From Phoronis australis (Eukaryota; Animalia; Phoronida): 64,000 nucleotides of DNA. This document shows, in pieces, positions 42,401-52,674 of the stretch. The stretch spans positions 1 through 64,000 of the forward strand of contig NMRA01000841.1 in assembly GCA_002633005.1 (NCBI GenBank), written 5' to 3'. Position numbers and translations under genes: made by a program. The first letter of the stretch is position 1, and every line of letters begins with the position of its first letter. Under the pieces are notes generated by a model that was not told the DNA's origin, searched no databases, and saw only the letters and a program-made list of their open reading frames with translations.

Positions 42401-45400
42401 CATACTGGCTTTTGCCTCTGGCAGACAGTTCACATGTACCAGTAGCCAGTAGGTATGTACACCCACACAATAACCATGGTAATGCCATCAGGTCAAGTTG
42501 AGCTGGCTAAGAAAATATTATATTCAATGGGATTCATGTGTTGATGGGCTATCTACAGCTTCAATGAAAACTGCAATGTTAGCGGAAGCTTTTAGACCGG
42601 CTTGGGTAATTAAACAAACATCCGAGTTATCACAGTAGTGCGATGGTATTGGTTGGTGACAATATGACGGCACGACTAAATGCCTATAAATATATGAGTG
42701 GGCAATTTCATTTCTGACGGACGTACAATCAGAGAACATTTTGATCAAATGCTACGAAGCAGCACGCGGGCGAACTTTACCGGGTACGGCCCGATGATTA
42801 CATGAAGCGTGTTGAACAGGCAGCAAATTCAGAATGATTTCTAAATTAGTTATCCTTGTGGTTAGCAATGGTACCAGTTGCTGCTGTTGTCCATCTATAT
42901 CCTGTCCTTAACGGAGATGCTGGGGCTGGACCTTTTCCGCGTTGGATCGAACTCCCGTGAACCCCCCTGGCAATGGGCTTGCATTTCTTCAAATTTAGGT
43001 TAATAAAGTTTAGAGCACAGTGCTTACAGTCACGTTCTTAATGCTCAAGACTATTTTTTAGTCCGTTGAATTAATTGTAACCAACCTTGCAAAGTAGAAG
43101 AGAACGCTTGTGTACACTTGTATTTATCTGTTACCAATTCCTTACCCTGCATTGCGAAGAACAATTTCTGGGAAGAGCATTTCAAGCATTTTTTCATGAC
43201 GATTCTTGGAAAGAACGCAAACTGAAACGCAACTATTTTAATTTATCCTATGCGCGTTGAATCGAGGGAAATACGACCATGTAATAATGTTTTCCGTATT
43301 CACCTCCCTCACTACTTCAACAGCGACCTCTGACATGGAAAGTTCAAAAGGTATCTCAATGTAGACTCGACGTTGATAGCCAGTTCGATCTTCAAACTTA
43401 CGAAAAATAGTTTAAAGTAATGCAATTGCAACAGTGTGAGTAACACTTAACATGCAATAAGGTTTCAATCATAACGTCCGGAACAGAACTGTTAATTATA
43501 TGACAGTTCTGTCGCAGTTTCCAATTGTTAAATATGTCGTCTGCAACTAAGGTGCCGATTCCTCGGTAACTACAATGAGAAATATTGTTCTTATTTAACT
43601 ATTTTCAGGAGATGTTACAAATTCAGAGCATAGTTACCGTTGCTTTCATCTTTTTTATCTCTTTTCAAGCAATAAATCGTTACATTTAAAACTGTTTCTT
43701 TTACTAGAGAAAACTTGCAACCTAATGCGCAAGTACATACATATAGGATGTGATCTGCCACGTGGACAGTCTCGACTGGAGTATTTGAAAAATCAGGCGC
43801 AAAAATGTAAGAAACTTAGGAATTTGATGCGTGTGGGATAAATGCAAAACGTACCTCGATTGGCATAGATGAAGTAATATACCACTAGACTTTATTCCGC
43901 GTATGGATACGCGGAATAATGTCTCGTGGGATATTACTTCAGCAACGCCACTCTCGGTACGTTTTGTGTACTTCAGTTGAATTGAATTCAGTCAACCTTG
44001 CGTACTACAAGAGAACGTCTGTGTACATATGTATTTATCTGATAACTATTCTTTACCCTGCAGTTTTCAAGCATTTTTAATGACAATTCGTGGTAAGAGT
44101 GTAGTCTGAAACGAGACTGATGTGATGTCGGTTGAATTAAATGTAACCAACCTTGCATGTATTTATCTGATTCTTTACTCTGCAGTGAGAACAACAACGT
44201 CGAGGCATAGTTTTACAAGCATTTTTTCATGACGTTCCTGGAAAGAACGCAAACACACATGCTTTGGCACTCAGTAATAGTAGCATAGAATATGCATTTG
44301 AAAACTGCACTCGTCAGATATTGTCACTCAACAGATGTTTGTATGCATTTACAGATAACTTTTATTCATCATTATTATGAAGATAATAAAGGGCGTGATC
44401 TATTTTTTGAAATCAAGCACATTTTCGTGTCTCCTTAATATGGGAAGGCAAAGAATTTCTGATCACGCATCCACGGGTATTTGTCCAATTTATAAAACTT
44501 TTTCATGCCGGTGTTGCAGCCCACAACACAACACTTAATACTTCGTTAGCATAGGAAGAACAAATAGAGTAATGCAACCGAGAAAATCTTGTTAAGAATC
44601 AGACAACAACAAATAACATGTGAAACTCCAGTGGCTCGAAAACGAGGCAGCAAATGTGCCTGACGAATGTTTACGGCATTGTGGGTAAATACAGCGAGAT
44701 TCGAGTGTCGCTGTGTAATCCGGGACGACCCTATTGCCATATAGTACTAAGTGTATGTTTTTAATTCTATTAGTTATGTGTGCTTTGACCGTACAGTTAA
44801 TAGTAGAAAGTGATCGAGAAACAATGCTATAAACTTCAGCACGTGCATTATACTCAAGTAAATAACCCCGGCATAAATACTGAAGGTTACTCGAGTGATA
44901 CAGTGACTTATTCAGTTCTGACAGTGGCATTATGTTGAACTCGGGAGACGATTTGTGTGCGTTAAAACATTGCCCTTCATTATCCGTAGGATTCACAAAG
45001 GATTGTAGGTGATACTCAAACATTAAACTAAGTCCATGAGTTATTTTTAGAATTGCCATTGCTTGAGAGAATGCTTGTCAGCCATTCCGCCGGTTTCCGG
45101 CTGTAGCACAGCTTAGAAAAAGTTACTCAGCTACTTGCAAATTGGAACACACATCTTAGCCAAGTACAGAGATTTCGTCGTTTATTTCTCTCCTAGCCAG
45201 TTCTAAATGTCATCTAGTCTTTTACGCTGGCATTTTCCTCTGCGATAATTCTACGTTTCAAACACTCACTGACGCCTTGCTATGAGAGGCGACCTATTTT
45301 TATAAGCACATCCTCGTGATGGTCACATGACTCAACAACTCATTTCTCTGACTCCGGCAAGTGTGCAAAAGCCCATTAATTGGTCCAGTCTCATAAAGTT

Positions 45401-48400
45401 ACGTAAGCGGTGGCGGATTTAGGGGGAGGGGGCAAGGGGACCAAGGCCCCCCTAAAATTCTCCCAGATAAGGGAACATTTTACAAGAAGTCTGATATACA
45501 GCCAACACAACAAAAGTGGAAATTTTATATATAGTTTGAAGCAGTAAACTTTGCGATTTGGCATACCCAAACTGTGATTTTGGCGCCCCCTTAAGGCACT
45601 TTCAGGGGAGGCGCAGGTCCTCCCCCCCACTACACTGCCACACCACCATTAGGAAGCATGGTAGATTAAAGTTATGGGTAATTGTTTACAAGATGACGAC
45701 ACTGACCAACAAACATGATTTTGGTAGTGTTTGATTCCGCTTATCATTCTCATTGCATAAATATATGAACGTGTTTCCTCACTATTTTATCATCAAATTT
45801 CTGTTCATACCATTTCCCATTTGACACCGCCATGTTCGTTCAACTCAAGATTACAGCAATACCTGTTGCTAATAAATGAAACAACATCAATGGTATTTGT
45901 CTGCAAGATTCCCTAGATTTCCTGAAATAACATGGAGCAACACGAGGGATCATTTCATCATTTTCCATAAATTTTTAGAATTGTGACCATTTGACCCTTT
46001 TCCACAAAAATCTCTGAAGTGATATTCTTTTCACGAACTTAGACCTCAAAAACAACCTCGTTTTTGTAGATTCTTGTTCGCGGAGGCGTACGTACCAGGG
46101 TCACCAAAGGAATCGAAACCCTTGGGACCGTAGCTCGGACCCGGGGACGAGTCTCGGTCAGCTTGAACTTATGAAGAGCAACGCTCTGCAAAATATGGTT
46201 GTCAGTAGATTAGTTCCGTTTTTGGCCGCCAGATGACTCCATTCCATTCAACATATATGGCAACATCCGTGGTACGTCAATGACAGGGAATTAGTGCAAG
46301 CAGAAATGTGACGATAACATACGGAGAGAAGTTCGTGTTTTTGGAATGATAACGATTTGAGGAATCGGAAAGATATCAAAATCATCAAAAAACGGACAAT
46401 TGCCGCACAAATAAAAAAGTTCGTGTTGATTCCATGTTTCGTCTATTCATTAGACATCACGTCGAAATCAACATGAACTTTTTTACTTGTGCGGCGATTG
46501 TCCGTTTTTTTATCCTACTATGGCCAAGAACTTAAAACTTGTTTTGATCGTGATAGACCGGCCCGAAAATCCCCCCTTCATTTTCGGGTCAGTCACAATG
46601 GGGCTATTCGGAAAATCTACAATAACTAGAGGGCGTGCGTGTACTAGTGGTGATAGATTAACAGCCTCGATTTCGCGAGCCCTTTAAATACATGGTGAAA
46701 TGGCTTGCAGCCGTGCCAACTGAATCTGAGATTGCGTAAAAAGGGTGCTTCTATGAGAGGAAGTAAGCACGACCTCATACAAAGGTAAGGTTTGTGATTA
46801 TTTTTACGATTATTCCATGATTATTCTACCGATGCCTGTTAACTGAGGCACTCGCCGATGTCGACTTCGCGGCAGTCAGTCGCCAGCCAGAGTCTGGTTA
46901 ATCTTTNNNNNNNNNNNNNNNNNNNNNNNNNNNNNNNNNNNNNNNNNNNNNNNNNNNNNNNNGTAACTGTTCTGACAGTTATTTTTCGGTGTAAGGGTGT
47001 GTAAGCATTCGCTGTAAGTTGTCATTTTATCGGATATTCGGCTTAAAAACACCAATTATGGTTAATCAAACAATCCATCTAAAAAATAACGCAAACATGT
47101 TTTATAGTATTAGAAATTGTCGGAAATTAGGGCCAATATTCATTTCTTACCGATGCTATGCTACCCGTTTCATGAATGGATAGTTCCCGACTAATGTCTT
47201 TGATGACTGCTAGGTTCATATATGTAGCGCGCGCTTTCTGGCCACGTGCGTTCAACACCGAGTTATTTTTATTCATGAGACAGTCGATGTGTGCTGTGAG
47301 GTCAGACCATAGTGGGACACGGTCGTCGCGAAAGTAGCAACGCTGTTGCGTTCTTTTTGAAGCGCTGTGTTACTTTCAAGTGTATTGTCACGGCTAAATA
47401 CAAACGTAGCAGTGCCGCTGGTGGTCTAGAAGACCCGTGCAAAACTTTTTTGATAAATTGAAGACGTTACTTTAGCCAAGTTTTAGAACTGAAGGTACGT
47501 CATTGTTCGCATGTACACGCTCATGGACTGGGCGCTTATTCCAGCAAAGTCTGAAAACGCGTGGGGGGGCGCTTATAGGGGCATGGGCGGTTATTACGGC
47601 GAATACGGTATGCGGTAAAGCGGTTTCCTTTGTTTTGAGTTTTATATCCATTAAAAATTTTACTTACACTTATAATTTTAAAGTAAATATATAGAAATGA
47701 GCCTGGAATATAAGTAAATTTGAATTAAAATTCCTGAGAATGTAACAAATTTCACGAATTTCACGCAAAGGTCTAATTTGTGCAGTGCCACAGTATTCGA
47801 AGTAGGGATCCGTTCTCGTGGGTGTAGTGAGCCCGGCACATGAGTGTGAGCTGTGCAGTTTTGTCGTTTTTGCCATTTCAAAATGAGACCAACGGGTGAT
47901 CATGTTAAAGCACATACATTTTTGTCGTATAGCGAAAATCCCAATGAAAATAGGACAAAAAATGATGCTAATTTCAAGAGTTAACGATTTTTGTCGGAAG
48001 TCATGGCGAAACTGTTGCGGAAAAAAGATGGTCAAAAACGACACTAAAATTGTTGAAAATTTACTTAAAGTTTACGCTTCAAAATTCCATCTATTTTCCA
48101 CGAGAATTGCCGTGAATTTTTTAAATTAGAACCAATGCTGAACGGCGGTTTAACCGTGACATAGTTATTTGGCGATTATACCATTCACAAACACACATGT
48201 ATGTTCGTTAAAAACGAATTGCAGAAAGAGTATATTGGAGTGATCGAACATTATAAACGACAGGTACGTTATAATGCGACTCGATTGCGCTTTTGCTGAA
48301 CCTTCTAATTCTGTATGTATTGGGTTAAATAAACACACTTGTCGAAAAAGTGCTGTACTGTATAAACTTAATGTCGCGCGGTGTTATTGAAACGCAAATT

Positions 48401-51305
48401 TGGCTGCCAAAAAAAATTTCATATATGAATGTTGTGTTGACGTTCAAGGCACCTCACCATTCACTTAAAAGTAGTTCCATTGCCAGACCAGGCATAATTA
48501 TCATGTTTATTGGCGCCACAGCTGAGTGCGTAATGAAATACTGAAATCGCTGATAAAAGCGTGTCAAGTTTATAGTTCCTGTAACCCCTGGAATTCTATC
48601 ACGATCATTTCGCGTTATGTGATGCAACCAAAATCATGTGCGTAATGTAGTATGATGGATTATAGATGGCGCTGCAGATACGTGGATATGGCTCTACAGG
48701 ATGGACAGATATAGGTTTAGGGAGAATAAATGAAGCTATGATGATGATCACACGTCTCTTTGTTTCTTTTGTTTTTACTCATATAAAAACACAATAGTGT
48801 CAGGTTTGAAATACCCATAGCATCTAGTGACTGCAGCAAACCTTCAAGGCGCAGCATTCAGGTCGAGCCACCTCAACTGCTCAATTTTGCCAACGCCGCG
48901 ACGGAATGGTCAGACTGGATACAGCCATTTCGACACCATCGGACTGTCATTGCGTTAAACGACCAGCCTCATGAAATGCAAATAGACACGCTAATATATG
49001 TCATGGGACCAGAAGCAGAGAATGTGTATGCACAACTGACATTGCTCGATACTACAGTTCATGATGTTGCGTCTGCATTTGCAGACTATTTCCAGCCGCA
49101 AAGCAACAAACGGCATCAATGCTCTCAATTTTACAATAGAAAGCAAGCAGACAGTGAGAGTGCAGAACAATACACAAGGGCCATTCATCAACTGGCCACA
49201 AGATGTCAATTTGGCACTTTTCAAGAGGAAATGATAATATATAGACTCCTCTCGGGCATGAAAGCCATTGCTTTATCAACAGAATTACAAGTATATGAAC
49301 ACCTTTCACTTTCAACAGTAACCAGTAAAATGCGTGCAAAAGAAGCTATTGTCAAATAACTACAGTCTGAGACGCAGGTAGCAGCAATAAAAACATGTAA
49401 AACTGTGCAACCTTAAGGCGAACGCGTACCACCATCGACATCCAACAAACAGTCAAAACGCAAACAGTGTAAATATTGTGGTGATCACTGCTTACCCAAG
49501 AGATGCCAGCCTTCCGACATACATGTGAAAGGTGTGGTAAACGCAACCACTTTGCACAGGAGTGTGAACAAGCTAAGTCACTGTCGGAGGTCACTCATAG
49601 TGACATGGACCCAAACGTTTTTCTCATTGGTGACATTACCTAAGACGACGATGTCAGCATAGACTCACTTAGTGAAATGTGGTTTGAAGATAGAGTGATA
49701 AATGGTCAGGTAGTTAAAGTAAAAGCAAATTCAGGGGCAAAGAAATATGTCATTCCTAGATCAGTCTTAGCTGGTTATGCCTAACTATCAGATCACTGTA
49801 ACAAATCTTAGATTTCAAGCTTACAGTGGCTTTCCATTGAACATAGTGGGTGTCACAAATATCAAGTACACTGAGTATGAGTACCCATTCTATGTATTGG
49901 TTGACGATAATTGCAAGGCAGTTCCACTGTTAAGCTACAAAACACTGTGTGCTATGGGATTGATATTGCATCCCAACACTTGTAATGCAGTCTCTGTCAT
50001 TGAAAATTATCCAGATCTATTTACAGGGGTGGGCAAACTCAACATGCAAAACCACATTCAACTGAAGCCTGATGCTCAACCCTATGCCTATCCGGCGAGA
50101 CCTGTACCACTGTGACCAAAATTGAAGGATGAACTAGATCGACTTGAGAAAGCTGGAATAATCAGCAAGTGCAATGAAGCCACACCCTATGTCAACCAGA
50201 TAGTCAATGTCCTCAAAAGTGATGGCTCACTTTGGCTTTGTCTCAACCCGCAGTGGTTAAATCAGAACATTGCTTGAGAACGTTATGTCCTACCAAGGGT
50301 CTCAGAAATGTGCGCTCGTTTGTCGGGCTCTGCAGTCTTTTTTACTCTGGATGCAACCTCGGGGTTCCATCAAATCCCCTGGATGACGAGTCCTCGAAGC
50401 TGACGACATTTCTCATGACACACGGACGCTACCAATTTCTTCGTTTACCATATGGAATTGTGAATGGTAGTGAGGTATTTCACAAGGCAGTTTCAGACCT
50501 AATACAAGACTTGGAAGGCTGTTGTGTATTGGCAATGCTATTTGTGGTATTCCTTAGAATATAGCCACGTGGTATTTATGCCCACAAGCCACGTGCTTAT
50601 CCCCTTCTTGTATTAGTTCTCCAAGTGAATAGACGTATTATATTTTACTCTCATCTGTGTTGTTTTGCTGGTTCTACGAACACAACAAAGGCGCCAAAGT
50701 GTATATAGACGATATTTTAGTCCATGCAACAGACAGACACCTGCAAAATAAACGTCTTTTAAAGGTTCTCTCCCGACTTCAAGAGGCGCGCCTGAAACTC
50801 AACACATCCAAGTGCAAGATAGCCAGGGATGCTGTANNNNNNNNNNNNNNNNNNNNNNNNNNNNNNNNNNNNNNNNNNNNNNNNNNNNNNNNNNNNNNNN
50901 NNNNNNNNNNNNNNNNNNNNNNNNNNNNNNNNNNNNNNNNNNNNNNNNNNNNNNNNNNNNNNNAAAAACACATAACACGCAAGCTAAGTTCGTCACAACA
51001 GCCATTACAAATTATTTTTATGAGCAAAGACGCCAAGAAGAGTGGACGTATACCCTTATTACTTAGACAGAACCTTCCACCAGGGATAATGAGTCCATTG
51101 ATAAGTGGCCACCATTCACTGACTCGTGCCCACGAGCACGAGCACGAGGCAAGGTGACGAATGTAGTCGGATGAAAGACATAAACAGAAATAAACAAAGG
51201 TCAGTTTTCACGTTATTCTTCAAGTGTTATCACCAATCGTGTTTTAAACATACCTCCTGTCAGCACTAGTTTATAAACCTGTCTTTCTGAAGTAGAATGT
51301 GACAT
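18123..51305 (-). CDS. Ttd14: TRPL translocation defect protein 14 (Ttd14)-like, NadR/Ttd14 AAA_28 P-loop + CYTH domain; 12 coding exons, about 427 aa
   Basis: Exons 51305-51254, 36156-36089, 33709-33672, 30887-30850, 30217-30089, 29596-29397, 28526-28449, 28080-27985, 24256-24163, (22622-22528 or 22072-21981), 20134-20019, 18405-18123 join in phase with GT-AG. Motifs [12 protein letters not shown] (Walker A), [60 protein letters not shown]. Confidence 0.93.
19096..19920 (-). repeat. Inverted copy of the HINE-like repeat family
   Basis: AACAAGAACAACGCGGAGC is the reverse complement of the 3' end near 2510; internal AAACCTATTTG / AAATTTCATGAA motifs. Confidence 0.5.
20019..20134 (-). CDS. Ttd14: Ttd14 exon 11
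   Basis: tttcag|[38 protein letters not shown]+AG|gtaaga. Confidence 0.94.
21203..21246. repeat. 22-bp perfect tandem duplication
   Basis: CACCAGTACAGAGTAAGGTGAC x2. Confidence 0.9.
21981..22072 (-). CDS. Ttd14: Ttd14 exon 10b (mutually exclusive alternative)
   Basis: cgtag|GA...; [31 protein letters not shown]|gtgact; phase 1 to 0. Confidence 0.88.
22528..22622 (-). CDS. Ttd14: Ttd14 exon 10a (mutually exclusive alternative)
   Basis: tttccag|GT...; [32 protein letters not shown]|gtgacc; phase 1 to 0, homologous to exon 10b. Confidence 0.85.
23907..24040. mobile_element. Short TIR element (ATTGACCTATCGC family), copy 1
   Basis: TIRs ATTGACCTATCGC / GCGATAGGTCCAT; the interior matches the copy at 39584-39762 in opposite orientation. 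Confidence 0.7.
24163..24256 (-). CDS. Ttd14: Ttd14 exon 9
   Basis: tgtag|[31 protein letters not shown]+G|gtaagg. Confidence 0.93.
25573..26245 (-). mobile_element. Non-autonomous DNA element with a decayed HIRAN-like coding fragment, copy 1
   Basis: Degenerate TACCGTATTCGCC-type terminus; the minus strand reads IHGFHMHK...FDKYAVSV...[16 protein letters not shown]; homologous to 46963-47610. Confidence 0.55.
27985..28080 (-). CDS. Ttd14: Ttd14 exon 8
   Basis: ggcag|[32 protein letters not shown]|gtatgt. Confidence 0.92.
28449..28526 (-). CDS. Ttd14: Ttd14 exon 7
   Basis: cctag|[26 protein letters not shown]|gtgagt. Confidence 0.94.
28872..29050 (+). mobile_element. Degenerate tRNA-derived SINE
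   Basis: AGCTCAG...GATTCAATCCC boxes followed by a CAGCAAGACACATAACC...GACTCATCTGTCAATGAGTA SINE core-like body. Confidence 0.45.
29397..29596 (-). CDS. Ttd14: Ttd14 exon 6
   Basis: FLPENDW...[23 protein letters not shown]...LDNLAAQ|gtaagc. Confidence 0.95.
30089..30217 (-). CDS. Ttd14: Ttd14 exon 5
   Basis: [20 protein letters not shown]...[12 protein letters not shown]|gtgagt. Confidence 0.95.
30850..30887 (-). CDS. Ttd14: Ttd14 exon 4 (38 nt)
   Basis: tctag|C GGT GGT GCC AAG TTC...; [13 protein letters not shown]+G|gtaggt. Confidence 0.87.
31060..31980 (-). repeat. Inverted copy of the HINE-like repeat family
   Basis: Reverse complement starts TTTTTATGCGCC, followed by a (CCGG)n-like tract and the same internal motifs. 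Confidence 0.5.
33672..33709 (-). CDS. Ttd14: Ttd14 exon 3 (38 nt)
   Basis: ttcag|[12 protein letters not shown]+AG|gtatgt. Confidence 0.88.
36089..36156 (-). CDS. Ttd14: Ttd14 exon 2 (Walker A)
   Basis: ttag|GA CCA TGC GGT GGG AAG...; [23 protein letters not shown]|gtgagt. Confidence 0.95.
37539..38081. mobile_element. MITE (Harbinger-like) nested in the Copia remnant
   Basis: Imperfect TIRs AGGCCCTTTCCC / GGGAAAGGTCT with subterminal GTTAAC-rich inverted blocks. Confidence 0.45.
39584..39762. mobile_element. Short TIR element (ATTGACCTATCGC family), copy 2, nested in the Copia remnant
   Basis: AATTGACCTATCGC / GCGATAGGTCAATT. Confidence 0.7.
40121..40212 (+). repeat. 24-bp tandem repeat (about 3.8 copies) over the Copia RT active-site motif
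   Basis: AGCTATTATYATATGGGTCGACGT repeated; translates (AIIIWVDV)n. Confidence 0.92.
43066..44253 (+). repeat. Three diverged direct copies of a unit of about 130-160 bp
   Basis: GTTGAATT...CAACCTTGC...TGTATTTATCTG...CAAGCATTTTT..ATGAC at about 43066, 43976 and 44132. Confidence 0.65.
45408..45640. mobile_element. Partial copy of the CAGTGGCGGATTT MITE family
   Basis: CGGTGGCGGATTTAGGGGG...GCAAGGGGACCAAGGCCCCCCTAAAATTCTCCCAGAT matches the end of the 58499-58760 copy. Confidence 0.6.
46963..47610 (+). mobile_element. Non-autonomous DNA element with a decayed HIRAN-like coding fragment, copy 2
   Basis: Ends GGCGAATACGGTA; reads IVGH..RE.S..AFFLKR..CIVT...GGLEDPC. Confidence 0.55.
48646..50836 (+). 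mobile_element. Decayed Ty3/Gypsy LTR retrotransposon, truncated by a gap
   Basis: 5' LTR about 48646-48793; PBS-like TAGTGTCAG; gag TLIYVMG...FYNRKQ; zinc knuckle [14 protein letters not shown]; [25 protein letters not shown] and VYIDDILV. Confidence 0.9.
50520..50687. mobile_element. Solo LTR inserted into the Gypsy RT
   Basis: TGTTGTGT...ACACAACA termini with 5-bp TSD AAGGC; removing it restores [11 protein letters not shown]. Confidence 0.85.
51254..51305 (-). CDS. Ttd14: Ttd14 coding exon 1
   Basis: [17 protein letters not shown]+G|gtatgt; phase 1 completes LTGGPCGGKT with exon 2, 15 kb away. Confidence 0.88.
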
Positions 51306-51379
51306 CGTTAATTCCCTAGAAGGAAACAATTTGGCTGATCCTATCATAAGCAAACCATCAGCAATCCACGAGTATGATA

Positions 51380-51550
51380 ATGTGATAATCCACAGCGCCC
51401 TCTGAATTGGCGGGAGTTGAAAAAGATTTGTTTGTGTTGCAGTGCTGACTTCCGGTCCTTTAGCTGGGCTGCCGCTACCCATATAAACATACGACACGAC
51501 TGCACTCGCAAGCCAGAAAACGCGTGGCACGCGGTCCGCCATATTGATGA
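51380..51550 (-). promoter_or_regulatory. Probable Ttd14 promoter region
   Basis: CpG-rich patch with CCAAT, ETS-type CCGGAAGT and YY1-like AATATGGCGG on the minus strand next to coding exon 1. Confidence 0.5.
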
Positions 51551-52674
51551 TGAACGCTATGTAAACAAAAGCACAGTGGCCTTATGGAAACCAGGGATTT
51601 TCACAATAAATTTTGAAATTATAAATACTTACGAGGTTTTAACTTTTGATAACATAAAGCAATATAGCCTAAACATATGTGACCCAAGCATTGCTTAAAC
51701 GCTATTTATTATAACGTTCATTTTCAATAAGAATGACCAAATGCGAAATGAAAATTCATAAAAATAAAGTTCATTCGTTATTGTCAAATTTGACTCATCA
51801 AAACAAAGTGCTATTTTAGGGTTATGAACCAGAAAGAAGTATACTACAGCAAGTGATCTCGAAGGGTTCTCTTTTTATTGAACTTTTAAAAATGGTAGTT
51901 AAATGTACAAATCTGTTACCAGAAATGTACGATTCCAAGCACATACATAGAAAAATAAAAACATAACGTTTTATTAGAGTAAGCAACCACGTAAAAACAT
52001 TTAAATCAACAAAAAATAAGTTTGGTGACGGAAAACGACTTATTCAATCTGCTTCATGACGACGGAAGGCAAACAAAAAATACACGTCGTATTGAAATGT
52101 GGCATTTAGAAAAAGGAGGTGCAGGTAAAACAGCGCAGTGTGACCTCCTTTCGTTTCGTCTCAAACAATGTACACTAGCTGTGAGCATTAAAACGTCTCA
52201 GCATTATTTGAAGGAATTCGTGAGTATAAAATCTGAAAAAGTGTAATATACTTTGTCACACTAATCCATATATATAATGGTATGCATTTAGAAAACTAAG
52301 TTGAATGTAACGCACATTTCGTTAAAATGAAACTTGTTTTTGCTTGGTCCAATTTCAATGTAACTGCTGTTAAAACGTATTTGTAGGTTCGGTAAAGACT
52401 TAATATAGAAATAATCAACACTTGGTGGTACATATTGGCAGTTGCCAAACAGATAGCATACAACTGTAATGTACGTTGTAACATGTTTATTACTGTTTCC
52501 TATGTTCTACACAGATCTGCATTTTGCCTGCTTATCTCAAACGTGATTTTATTCTCTAATACAACTTGCAAAAAACGAAGCTCATAATTACCTAAATGCT
52601 TAAATTCATTACAGTTCTCAAATAAAAAAACTAATGTGAATAGCTGTAATGTACGTTATACTCCCAATGGTGAC

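Noticed and set aside
42780-42985. Possible alternative first exon of Ttd14
   Set aside because: The ATG-led frames stop before the donor, and none joins exon 2 in phase.
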